Below, in pieces: positions 10,266 through 20,730 of a DNA stretch of 64,000 nt (the first letter of the stretch is position 1; each line of letters begins with the position of its first letter). Made by a program: the position numbers and the translations under genes. The notes beneath the pieces were generated by a model. The model searched no databases. It worked only from the letters and a program-made list of their open reading frames with translations, and had not been told where the DNA came from. The stretch is taken from positions 96,001 to 160,000 of IMG/VR virus record IMGVR_UViG_3300045988_176782, one strand, 5' to 3'. The DNA comes from a virus.

Positions 10266-10279
10266 GGAGGTAAGTGAAA

Positions 10280-11881
10280 ATGGCTGAAATTAAAAAGGTA
10301 TTTAATGCGTCTTCCTTACCTATTGCGTTTTCTCGTGGTAATCCTATTCCAATTGACAAGAGTTCTGTATGGTACTCTAAAACGGATATGGAAAATTACG
10401 CTAAAACTGGCGCAACCGCTTATGTTGGTCAAATTTTAGCATTAGTTGATGACGTAAATAACACTTCCACTGCATACATTATCACCGATACTACTGGCAC
10501 TTTAAAGGAAGTAGGCAGTGCAACTATAGGTGATAATAAAACTATTGTATTAAACGAAGGTGCGCTTTCTTTAAAAAACTGGGGCGTTGAATATTACCGT
10601 TGGGTAGATGCAGTAGGAGAAGAAGGGCAAGAAGGCTATGTTGCTGGGCATCATGAAAAGCAAATCGTTGATGAAACTCACCCTTGGATTGCTGGCTTAG
10701 AGCCTAAAGCAATCGCAGGCATTGATGGCACTTTTGAAATTGCTTGGTATCAGCCTTCTACTACAACTGTTGAAGGTTTAAATTCTGCTATTGGTTCTTT
10801 GCAAACTTCTGTAAATGAAATTAATAGTGCATTAGGTAATGCTGAAACTGCAGGCACCATTCGCGGTGATATTAAAGCTAATAATGATGCTTTAACCACT
10901 AAGCTCGCTCTCGCCGGTGGCACTATGACTGGTGATATTATCCTAACCGACGGCGGTAAAGCTATTTCTGATACTGCTGTTGCTGGTTTAATCGCATCTG
11001 CTGGTCATATTAAGCGCACAATTGTAGAAGTTTTACCTGAAGCCTCTACGGCTAATGCCAATACCATTTATATGGTTAAGGATGCTACAGTTACTTCTGG
11101 CGACGCATATAATGATTATATGCTTATTGACGGGGCACTAGTCCAAGTCGGCGGCACAAGCGTTGATTTAAGTGGCTATGCTACTACAGAAGCAGTAAGT
11201 GAAGTTCAAACTGCTTTAAACAACCATAAAGCTGACACAACTCTACACATTACTAATGAGGAACGTTCTGCTTGGAATAATAAGGTTGATAAGGCAGAGG
11301 GAAAATCTCTTGTTGCAGATGAGCAAATCACCAAGTTATTTGGTCTTGCTAACATCAAAACGATTGGGAAGAACCTTTCTCTTTCTGAAGATGGTGTTCT
11401 TGCTGCATTAGCAGAACAATATACTCTTCCTGCTGCAACCGCTAGCGACCTTGGTGGTGTCAAGAAGGGTGATGGCCTTTCTATTACCACTGAAGGTGTT
11501 TTAGCCGTTCAACTTAACACAGAAAAAGCCAACGGTCTAACTGTCAGTGCGGATGGCCTTGAATTAGCTCTAGCTTCCAATACTACCGCGGGTGCAATGA
11601 GTGCTGCCGAACATGTAAAGTTAGCCAATTTGGTAGAAAATGCACAAGCAAATATCATTGAGGGTGCTTTATTAGGTACTGTTGCCGCAACAATTGATGA
11701 GAATAAGAATCTTGTTATTCCTGTTGCAACAGAAACCGCGCTTGGCCTTGTTAAAGGTAGTAAGGAAGATAATGAAATTACAATCCAAGGAAATGGCGAA
11801 ATGGAAGTTAATCGTCTTTCTGTTGGTAAGTTATTTGTTCCAGAAAATGAAGAGTTCATTATTAATGGTGGGAATGCTTAA
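10280..11881 (+). CDS. tail-fibre protein
   Basis: ORF track frame 10274..11881; AAGGAGG SD ~10 nt before ATG 10280; no TAG. Confidence 0.8.
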   Translation: MAEIKKVFNASSLPIAFSRGNPIPIDKSSVWYSKTDMENYAKTGATAYVGQILALVDDVNNTSTAYIITDTTGTLKEVGSATIGDNKTIVLNEGALSLKNWGVEYYRWVDAVGEEGQEGYVAGHHEKQIVDETHPWIAGLEPKAIAGIDGTFEIAWYQPSTTTVEGLNSAIGSLQTSVNEINSALGNAETAGTIRGDIKANNDALTTKLALAGGTMTGDIILTDGGKAISDTAVAGLIASAGHIKRTIVEVLPEASTANANTIYMVKDATVTSGDAYNDYMLIDGALVQVGGTSVDLSGYATTEAVSEVQTALNNHKADTTLHITNEERSAWNNKVDKAEGKSLVADEQITKLFGLANIKTIGKNLSLSEDGVLAALAEQYTLPAATASDLGGVKKGDGLSITTEGVLAVQLNTEKANGLTVSADGLELALASNTTAGAMSAAEHVKLANLVENAQANIIEGALLGTVAATIDENKNLVIPVATETALGLVKGSKEDNEITIQGNGEMEVNRLSVGKLFVPENEEFIINGGNA

Positions 11882-11944
11882 TTATTAAATTAATTATTCT
11901 CTTTTATAAAATACTTGCACATACACAACGAGGTGTAATTATTT

Positions 11945-13801
11945 ATGGCTGAACACATTTTAAATACACGGATTACTCTAAAGTATGATACTTATGAAAA
12001 TTGGCAAAAATCTACTTTAGTTCTGAAAGCTGGCGAAGTTGCAATCTGCGCAGTTCCAAGTGGTGTAACTGTTGAAGGCATCGCTAAGCCACCCGCCGTT
12101 CTTCAAAAAATTGGCGATGGTGTAAATGTCTTCAAAGATTTACCCTGGCTTCAAGCCGTTGCTTCTGATGTTCATACTTGGGCAAAAGCAGCGAGCAAAC
12201 CTACCTATAAAGCAGATGAAATTACTGGCTTAGACACTTACATTACTGGTCAGATTCAAGATACTGATACTCAATATACAATTGTTAAAGGCGACAACGA
12301 TTATACATATAAGTTAATGTCTCGTGCTAAGGGCGCAGAGAATTACTCTACTGAGGTCGCTACTTTATCCATTCCCGACCCCAGCGCGGATATTAATGTT
12401 CTTAAGGCCCTAGTTGGTGATACCGCAGTCGCTACTCAAATTAGCGAGGCTATTGCTGCTTTAAAACTAAGCGATACTTATGAGCAAAAGGGTGCTGCCG
12501 CAGCTGTAAAGACTGCTTTATTAGGCGACGCCGCGGAATCTTATAATACTTTAGGTAAGTTAGAAGATGCTGTAATTGCTGCGAAGGCCTCTGCCGATGA
12601 AAAAACTACTATGGCTGCCGTAGAAGCCAAAGACTATGCCACTAAGACAGAAGCCCAAGGCTACGCTACTGCTGTAGTTGGCGCGGCTGCAGATACCGTA
12701 GATAAGGACACTGTAAAGGGTGCCAAAGCTTATGCTAAGGGCCTTAATGATGCCACCAACACTCGCGTAGAAGCTCTAGAAACTGCCATTGGCGAAGGCG
12801 GCTCTGTTGATTCTCAAATTGATGCTAAGATTGCAGAACTGGATGCGGCAGAGGTTGCTGTTGGCACAGGTGAAATTATTGAGAAGATTTCTCAAACCGA
12901 CGGTAAGATTTCTGTAAGTAAGCGCGCTTTGGCTGCAGGCGATATTCCCACAATTGAACAGAATCAAGTGAATGGCCTTGCTGGCGCTCTGGCCGCAAAA
13001 CAAGATACCTTGGCCTTCCAAAGCGACAACTATGATAAAGAAACAAATAAGGCCATCACTAAGAGCGACTTAGACACAGCTATTGCGGGCTTGACAGGCG
13101 TAACTCACTTCAAGGGCGTAGTAGAGAATCTACCTGTTTCTGCTGAAAACGGCGATATTTACATCAAGACTGATGGCACTGAGCATATTTATGTAAAGCC
13201 TGATGCCGCGACAGAAGGCCGTTTTGAAGAACTGGGCGATCAAAATTCCCATATCAAGCACGGCACTGTTGTAGATAGCGATATTGCCGCTAATGCTGCT
13301 ATTGCTCAATCCAAGATTGCCGGTCTAACCGATGCCTTAGCCGCAAAGGCTAACACTGCTGACCTTGGTACCATGGCCGTAGAAACCGCCACAAATTATA
13401 TCAAGAAAACCGAAGCTTCTGGTTATGATGATATTCTAACCACTGCTGTTGCTGGCACAACTTACGAAACCAAGAAAGATGCTACAGCTAAGCTAACCGA
13501 AGCTAAGGGCTATGTTGATACTGAGCTTGGTAAGCTAGACCTTACAGAAGTTACTGCTGGCCAAGGCACAATCATTGGAGCGATTTCTCAAACCGATGGT
13601 CTTATTAGTGTATCTACTCGTGAATTAACTGCTGATGACATCCCTGTTTTAGCACAAAGCAAAATCACTGGTTTAGAGGCCGCTTTAAATGCGAAGGCAA
13701 ATGACGCTGATTTAGCAGCAATTGCAAAGAGCGGCTCTACTGATGATTTGATTCAAGGAACAGATACCTTAGTCTTTAATTGCGGCGGTGCGAATGCGTA
13801 A
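11945..13801 (+). CDS. tail-fibre protein (Ala/Thr-rich repetitive shaft)
   Basis: ORF track; N-terminal TRITLKYDTYENW...KIGDG motif; no TAG. Confidence 0.8.
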   Translation: MAEHILNTRITLKYDTYENWQKSTLVLKAGEVAICAVPSGVTVEGIAKPPAVLQKIGDGVNVFKDLPWLQAVASDVHTWAKAASKPTYKADEITGLDTYITGQIQDTDTQYTIVKGDNDYTYKLMSRAKGAENYSTEVATLSIPDPSADINVLKALVGDTAVATQISEAIAALKLSDTYEQKGAAAAVKTALLGDAAESYNTLGKLEDAVIAAKASADEKTTMAAVEAKDYATKTEAQGYATAVVGAAADTVDKDTVKGAKAYAKGLNDATNTRVEALETAIGEGGSVDSQIDAKIAELDAAEVAVGTGEIIEKISQTDGKISVSKRALAAGDIPTIEQNQVNGLAGALAAKQDTLAFQSDNYDKETNKAITKSDLDTAIAGLTGVTHFKGVVENLPVSAENGDIYIKTDGTEHIYVKPDAATEGRFEELGDQNSHIKHGTVVDSDIAANAAIAQSKIAGLTDALAAKANTADLGTMAVETATNYIKKTEASGYDDILTTAVAGTTYETKKDATAKLTEAKGYVDTELGKLDLTEVTAGQGTIIGAISQTDGLISVSTRELTADDIPVLAQSKITGLEAALNAKANDADLAAIAKSGSTDDLIQGTDTLVFNCGGANA

Positions 13802-13808
13802 TTAATAT

Positions 13809-13840
13809 GGGGAGGAATTTTCCTCCCCTTATTTTTTTTA
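13809..13840 (+). terminator. intrinsic terminator
   Basis: GGGGAGGAA / TTCCTCCCC hairpin followed by a T-run. Confidence 0.8.
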
Positions 13841-14292
13841 AAGTGAAGACTTATTGTTTATTTTTTATTATAATTATTAAAGTTTGAATTTAATAAAATT
13901 TGACTTTTATGGAAATTTAATATACACTAATTAAAAAAGAAAATGATAGACAATTGTAAATACAAATTTGATTTAAAAAAAATTTTCCCTTTGTAATTTA
14001 ATTAATTCTTTTGAGTCACTTAATAAGAAAATTAAATTCGTTAAATTAGTGAAGGAAAATATTTTAATCTTTAAAGTCTATCTTCTCCGTCAAAAACGGC
14101 AAATAAAGGATTTATAAAAAGTTTCTTTTATAGAAGAATTTATTAACAAACAAAATGTTCTATTAGAATGATTACTTATAAAATTTAATTAATTTTGGCT
14201 AGAAGAATTCTTCTTGCCGCATATTTGAGTTGAAAAAAGATACTCAAAACAAATACTCGTTCTGAAAGTGACGAACAAAAGGGGTAATTTGT

Positions 14293-15414
14293 ATGGCAGA
14301 AAAAATATTGCAAACAAGAATTTAGTTAAAATATGATACTGAAACCAACTGGAATAAAGCTACAAATTTTATTCCTAAAGCTGGCGAAATTATTTTATAT
14401 TCTGATGGCGGCGGTACTGGTATTCCTAAAATGAAAGTTGGGGATGGAAGTACAAAAGTTGGAAATTTAAAATTTCTTAAAGGAGATGGAGAATATCTAA
14501 CCTCTGTCCCTGCTGGGACTTGGACTTGGACTAATGGTACATCTGCAGGGCCTACTGCAAAATTAACTATTGACTCTAATGCAACAACTATCGGCGCAAT
14601 TCCAGCTGCTTCTTAGAGCCAAAGTGGTATAATTACAACAACTTCTCAAGTCATTTCTGGTAATAAAGCTATGTTAGGTAATTTTTCTGTTGGTAGCAGA
14701 ACTGATGCAAATTTATATACTTTAAATATTAGTCGTAAAAGTGCTTCTGATGCATCTTCTATGCTGTTTTAGGGCTATATTAATGAAACCGCAAACAATT
14801 TTCAAATGTGCATTTATCGTTATGGAATAGATAATACCGAAGCTTGGCGTTTAATTCTAAATTTTTTAAATGGAACAATTACAAGTGATTCTACTACTCC
14901 AATTACTCTTGGTTCTGCGGACATTCCTTGGACTGCTGTTTATGCTAAGAAATTTGTTGGTGGTGAAGCCACAACTTCCGTAGCAGGTTTGATGAGTGCA
15001 GAAGATAAAACTGCCCTTGATAGTTTAAGCGCTGTTTTTGGTGGCAGTTCTTCTAGTTCAGCTGGCACAAAAGGTCTTGTTCCTGCTCCTGCAAGTGGGC
15101 AACAAAATTATGTTTTACGTGGCAATGGCAGTTGGTCTCAATCTGTTGTTTCTACTACTGCGACACTAACTGCCAATGGCTGGTCTTCTTCTACACCACA
15201 CACTCAAATCATTAGTGTTAGCGGTATTACTACGAATTCTAAGGTAGTAATTGATGTTAATTTAAGCGGACAAAGTTCTGACAATATTTCTAGTATTCTT
15301 GAAAATTGGAGTAATGTTAATGATATTCAAACTAATAGTGGCGCATTAACAGCTTATTGCTATGGTGATGTTCCTACAGTTAATTTGCCAATTAATATTA
15401 TTGATATTAAGTGA
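14293..15414 (+). CDS. tail-fibre protein (3 in-frame TAG)
   Basis: ATG 14293 (MAEKILQTRI-TAG-LKYDT); TAG 14323, 14614, 14770 join ORFs 14431..14616 and 14806..15414. Confidence 0.7.
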
Positions 15415-15423
15415 GGTTAAGTT

Positions 15424-16539
15424 ATGGGACAATGTTTAATTACACGTCGTGGTGGAAAGACATCTGTAAATACTGACTTGCCTGCTTTAGATAATAATTA
15501 TCCTCAAGATGTTATAATTTGGGGAGGAGAAGCAAATGCTTCTTTTAAAGTTGTAATTAGTCGGGCCGGAACCGACACAAATTATGCCTATCAATGGTTT
15601 AAGGATGGTGCAGTAGTTGGGACTGCTGCAACATATTCAGAAACGACACCTACTGATTATGGTTCTCACACTATACAATGCGTTATAACTACCTCTTAGG
15701 GAATTATATCTTCTCGTATTGCCACTTATATTGTAAAGAATCCTAATTTCTTATATTCATACACTGGTAATATAACTACCGGTTCCAATAATACCTTCTA
15801 TCTTACTACAAGTGGCACCTTAAATATTGCTAATTATGGTAAAAATGAAGATGGAATGTTTGATATTTTTCTCCTTGGTGGCGGTGCAGGTGGAGCTGTT
15901 ACTGGCCTTGGTGGTGGCGGTTATTATACTATTACTTCAAAGAAGAAATTAGAAAAAAACACTAATTATCAGTTTATCATCGGTGCAGGCGGCGCGGCTG
16001 GTTCTTTAACTGCGGCAGGCGGTAATGGCGGCTCAACTACGACGACTATTAGCAATATTAATGAAGGAGCGGGCGGAAAAGCTGGCAACAGAGTTGACGC
16101 ATATATTAGTTGTACTTGCCAAAGTCCTAATGGCACAGCGGGTAATATTTACGAATATAGATATGGTTATAATCAAGATACAGGTGTTTATACTATTACA
16201 AATCGCAGTTCTGTAGGGAGCGGAAGTCGGACTTTAAATTTATTATACCCATTAAAACAAGTTTCTGCTTTATATAACGGCTCAGCTATTAATGTTTATC
16301 TCGCTCCAAATAAAATTGCTTATTGGTGTTATATTACAGAGCAAAAGACCATTTCTAGTAATAATGCAACTGCTGGTGCGGGCGGTTCAATAACATATAT
16401 ATTTGGAAGTAACTCTAATCTTCAGGTTAGCGGTCCAGGCGTGTTTAACAGCAATGCTGCTTTACGTTATGGCTAGGGCGGTAATAATAATATTTTAGCA
16501 GGTAAGAATGGACTAGCCGCGATTAGGTTTAGTTCATAA
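15424..16539 (+). CDS. Ig-like plus glycine-rich-domain structural protein (2 in-frame TAG)
   Basis: ORFs 15424..15699 and 15856..16476 are in one frame; TAG 15697 and 16474; stop TAA 16537. Confidence 0.7.
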
Positions 16540-16549
16540 GGAGTAAAAA

Positions 16550-17593
16550 ATGAGTTCTTGTTTATTAGTGCAAAGTCTTAAAGAAAAGAAAATCCCGCCT
16601 ACTTTATCACCTTATCAGCCTGCTAATGCCACAGCTTGGCAAGGTGATTCGGCAACTTTTTGGGTAGAAATCGCCACTCCTGGTGTCCCTGCGGAATATA
16701 CTTATCAATGGTACCGTGATGGAGCAAAATGGTCCGGAGCGACAAAAGCAAGCGTCAGTTGGAGTAGTGCATCTATTGGAGTGCATAGTATTTATTGTAT
16801 AATATCTAATGCCGCTGGAGAAGTAACAAGTCGTACAGCCACATTGACGGTAAAGAACCCCAATATGACTTACACCTACACTGGCGGCCATGAGAAGATC
16901 GACGACGGAAGCGGCAACTGGCGCATCAAGTTCAAAAGCAGCGGCACGTTGAAATTTACCAACCTTGGCAAGTGGGACGGCAAGCTGGACGTGTTCTGCG
17001 TGGGTGGAGGTTGCGCAGGTGGTAGCGGCTACTGGGACGCAGGCAACGGCTACGGTAAAGCTGGTAGTGGTGGGTACACCACAACCCAAAAAAGTGTCCA
17101 ATCAGCCGCAAATGTCTCTTATAACATTGTTATCGGTGCAGGTGGACAAAGTGCCTTTGCGTCTGGTGGAAACACTACCGCTTTTGGTGTGGCGGCTGGT
17201 GGCGGCACGAAGCTGGGAGGTGGCAGCGGCGGCGGCGCTTATGGTAACAGAGAAGTGAACAACGGCGGCTCGGACGGCGGCAATGGCGAACCGCAGAACG
17301 CCGCCAACATCGGCATTGACCATTGGGGTTCCCCCGGCAAGGGGCAGGGAACCACGACCCGCGAGTTCGGCGAATCCACCGGCACCCTCTACGCGGGCGG
17401 CGGCGGTGCTGGCGGAAACGGCTCCGCACAGGCCCATGGCGGCGCTGGCGGTGGCGGAAATGGCGCGTGGAATGGGCACCCACAAACAAGTGGCACGGAA
17501 AACACCGGTGGCGGTGGTGGTGGCATGTACTATGGCCTAACTGTCCTGGGCAAAGGTGGTAGTGGCATAGTCGTCATACGTAATCACCGATAA
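16550..17593 (+). CDS. Ig-like plus glycine-rich-domain structural protein, paralog of 15424..16539
   Basis: ORF track; the C-terminal ~240 codons are strikingly GC-rich compared with the rest of the window. Confidence 0.8.
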   Translation: MSSCLLVQSLKEKKIPPTLSPYQPANATAWQGDSATFWVEIATPGVPAEYTYQWYRDGAKWSGATKASVSWSSASIGVHSIYCIISNAAGEVTSRTATLTVKNPNMTYTYTGGHEKIDDGSGNWRIKFKSSGTLKFTNLGKWDGKLDVFCVGGGCAGGSGYWDAGNGYGKAGSGGYTTTQKSVQSAANVSYNIVIGAGGQSAFASGGNTTAFGVAAGGGTKLGGGSGGGAYGNREVNNGGSDGGNGEPQNAANIGIDHWGSPGKGQGTTTREFGESTGTLYAGGGGAGGNGSAQAHGGAGGGGNGAWNGHPQTSGTENTGGGGGGMYYGLTVLGKGGSGIVVIRNHR

Positions 17594-17617
17594 ATGGTGG
17601 TAAAGGAGTGTTTGTTT

Positions 17618-17890
17618 ATGAATTATAATTATGCTTTAATTTCTGACGGTGTTGTGCAAAATGTTATTTCGCTTTATCCAGGAAATGCGAAAGAATTTCC
17701 CACTGCAGTTCCTTTAGATGATTATCCAGTTGCAATTGGAGATACTTATGATGGAACTTATTTTTATCGTAATAATGAGCAATTAAAAACTGAAAAGCAA
17801 TGTTTTCAAGAAGAAAATACAAAACTTGTCGCGGCTTTTTCAGCTTTAGGCTTAGATTTTAATTCTATGGAGGAAACAACAAATGAGTGA
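17618..17890 (+). CDS. hypothetical protein
   Basis: ORF track frame 17594..17890; AAAGGAG SD precedes ATG 17618. Confidence 0.6.
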   Translation: MNYNYALISDGVVQNVISLYPGNAKEFPTAVPLDDYPVAIGDTYDGTYFYRNNEQLKTEKQCFQEENTKLVAAFSALGLDFNSMEETTNE

Positions 17891-18290
17891 TAATCGTTAT
17901 CTTGATGCTATTTTAGAATTATGCGAAGCTATGAAAAAAGCGGGTTTTTTCTTAACTGATGAGCAAGCATTAGAAGTACAAATTATCTATCCAATTTGGA
18001 CTTCTACTGGTACTTACGCAGTAGGGGATAGAGTGCGATATAATAACGCCCTTTATCGTTGCCTTATCGCTCATACCGCTCAAGAATCTTGGACTCCTGA
18101 AGCCGCAGCTAGTTTGTGGGCAAAAATCTTAACTGACCCAAGTGGTGGGATTTTACCTTGGGAGCAACCCGACAGCACTAATCCATACAAGAAGGGTGAT
18201 AAGGTTACTCATAATGGTAAAACTTGGATAAGCACAATTGATAATAATGTATGGGAACCAGGCGTTTATGGTTGGGAAGAAGTTCAATAA
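17883..18290 (+). CDS. carbohydrate-binding (CBM5/12-like) protein
   Basis: ORF track; YAVGDRVRYNNALYRCLIAHTAQESWTPEAAASLW resembles chitin-binding-type modules (recalled motif). Confidence 0.6.
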   Translation: MSDNRYLDAILELCEAMKKAGFFLTDEQALEVQIIYPIWTSTGTYAVGDRVRYNNALYRCLIAHTAQESWTPEAAASLWAKILTDPSGGILPWEQPDSTNPYKKGDKVTHNGKTWISTIDNNVWEPGVYGWEEVQ

Positions 18291-18292
18291 AT

Positions 18293-18321
18293 TTGATTTT
18301 TTATAAAATTTTCTTTATAAT
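18293..18321 (+). promoter_or_regulatory. sigma70/SigA-type promoter
   Basis: TTGATT-17-TATAAT. Confidence 0.6.
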
Positions 18322-18375
18322 ATAATTAAAGAAAAATGAAATTTATTAGCATTATTTACTTATTTTATTAAGTCA

Positions 18376-18410
18376 AACGCCGCAGCGTCTTGTTCATTCT
18401 GCGGCGTTTT
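18376..18410 (+). terminator. intrinsic terminator/attenuator in a 5' leader
   Basis: AACGCCGCAG / CTGCGGCGTT 10-bp stem then TTTT; lies between promoter 18293 and the tail-fibre gene start at 18486. Confidence 0.6.
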
Positions 18411-18485
18411 GGCATCTTTATTCTGAAAAGATGAATAAAGAAATTACCAATCGTCTGAAAAGACGACGATTAGGAGGTAATAATT

Positions 18486-20681
18486 ATGGCAAAACAACTT
18501 AACGCTCGTGTTCAAACTAAACGAGACACAGAACAAAATTGGAATTAGGCAATTAACTTTATTCCTAAAGATGGCGAAATTATTATTTATAAAGCTGATA
18601 CAACCGCGGAAGAGCTTCAAACTTTTTATGAAGCATATTTGGCGGAAGTTGAAGCACTAAAATTAATTACCAATACTTCCTCAACCGAATATCAAGAACA
18701 ATCTGTAAAAGTTTCTGAAGCTCTCGCCACCTATAATAATCGCTCTACACGAATTGTGCCGCGTTTTAAAGTAGGAAATGGAGAAAAATATTTAAAAGAT
18801 TTACCTTTTGTAAATGACCCATTTGTAATTAAGGAAGAAGGTAAAGGTCTTTCTGAATGTGATTATGATAAGCGTGCTCACGATATTATTGAGAACTTAA
18901 AGCAATTTGAAGATAATAATACCGGTGAAGTTTAGTATACTGACACAAAATATACTAACGGCGTCGGATTGGGGCTATTAGAGGATACAATTCCTTCAAC
19001 TTCTCAAACCCATACTTTCTACAATACTGGTATTGTTTCTATTCAAGAAAGCGCCATTAATGGTAACATTTCTGTAGCTCGTGGTAATTCCAGCACCGAT
19101 ACCACTGTAAGTGATATTGCAATTCACGGTTTAACTCAAACTGCTTATACTTTACCTGAAACTTTTGCTACAGCAAAAGCGGGCGAGCGCGCAATGACGG
19201 CATTGCAAAATGTCGCTACTCCTTTTGAACCAGTAAGCGTAAAAGATTTAACAATTCAAAAGTTGTTTGATTTAGGTTTCTTAAATACATCTTCTATTCC
19301 TGATTCTGCCGCATATTTACTTTCAGACGAAGGAAAAGCTAAAAAAATAGAAGAAATTCCAAGCTCCGAAAACGGTAGTATAAGTTATTTAATTTTTCTT
19401 GGCCTTTATCCATATGATGTCGCCGCACAAACAATGCTTCGTGGTACAGTTAATTTACAAAAAATGGATGAGGATGACAATCTAATTAACCTCTATGCGC
19501 CTGTAATTGGATTGGGCAAAATGGCTTATATTGATGAAGTTAATGCTTCCAATATTAACTTGGATACTTTGCCTATTATGACAGGTGTTAGGAAAGTTGA
19601 AACTACTGATGAAGATGGCAACATTACCGAAACAACTTATCTTTCTGGGCATAAAGGTTTGGTTCCGACTCCAACAGAAAACGATTATGGCAAAGTTCTA
19701 TTTAGCGATGGCTCTTGGCGACCAATTACAGATATTGCGATTAACATTGGTGATATTCCTTCTGGTTTAGCAACCGATAATGAAGGTAAAATTTATAATA
19801 ATGGTATATTAAATTTAAGTAGTGAAGAAAATATTATAAACTTTACTCAACTTCAATTAGATGAAGCTACTCAAAAATATCAATTAGTTTCCTATCAACT
19901 TGAAATTCCCGCAGCGGTATCTTGGACTTCAACACTTACGAGTGGAGAACAAATTGGCACTTTAACTATTAATAACGCTGAAAATATTTTATATGCTCCG
20001 GTTGCATCCGACAGAGTGGCAAAAGCAGGAGATACAATGACCGGACGATTAATTTCTCCTGCGATAGAAATTCGCAAAGACGCTTGGCCATAGCTTCTAT
20101 TAAGCAATGCTTCAGGTGGTCCTCGTGGAATGATGTATGTAGCAACCAGTGATGGTAGTGTGGGTAATTTATATCTTAGAGCATATTCTTCTGACACAGA
20201 ATATTCTCAAGCTTATTTAACAACTTCTGGAACTTTTTCCGCACCAAGTGTTGAAGGCGCAGTCTTTAACGATTACGCAGAATACCGTGCTTTAAAAGAC
20301 CCAATTGAATCCTACGAACCAGGTTATTGTATGACCTGCAATAGAGATGGAAAACTTTTCCGCACTTCTTCTCGTATGCAACATTGTGAAGGCATTACCT
20401 CTGATACTTTTGGTTTCTCTATTGGCCGCACAGATGAAGCTACTGTTCCTCTTGCAGTTGCAGGTCGCGTACTAGTATATACTTCTGAAGACCCCTCTAC
20501 TTACTATACTGGTCAAGCTGTTTGTGCTAGTAGGGGTGGCCGCGTTTCTAAAATGACAGATTCTGAAATTGCTCAAAATCCTGACCGTATTGTTGGAATA
20601 GTAAGTGAAGTTCCTACATATGAAACTTGGGGAACAAATAATGTTAAAGTTAATGGTAGAATTTGGATTACAGTAAAATAA
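18486..20681 (+). CDS. tail spike/appendage protein with C-terminal autoproteolytic-chaperone-like domain (3 in-frame TAG)
   Basis: ATG 18486; TAG 18546, 18933, 20091 join ORFs 18639.., 18969.., 20130..20681; C-terminus is shared with 20731..22188 (NDYAEYR...GIVSEVP...WG...GRIWI). Confidence 0.7.
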
Positions 20682-20730
20682 ATTTGCCTATAAACAAAAA
20701 TTATTGTAAAATAATTTTGGAGGATGAAAT

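Noticed and set aside
16607-17562. Six overlapping ORF-track entries on both strands: 16607..17101(-), 16965..17258, 17102..17485(-), 17175..17489(-), 17283..17540 and 17323..17562
   Set aside because: They all lie inside the GC-rich part of gene 16550..17593, where stop codons are rare in every frame. They have Arg/Pro/Ala-rich low-complexity products and no ribosome-binding sites, so they are shadows of the real gene.
15424-17593. Diversity-generating retroelement acting on the paired Ig/Gly-rich genes
   Set aside because: No reverse-transcriptase gene and no near-identical template/variable repeat pair with adenine-specific differences is visible in the window. The two genes differ throughout and in base composition.
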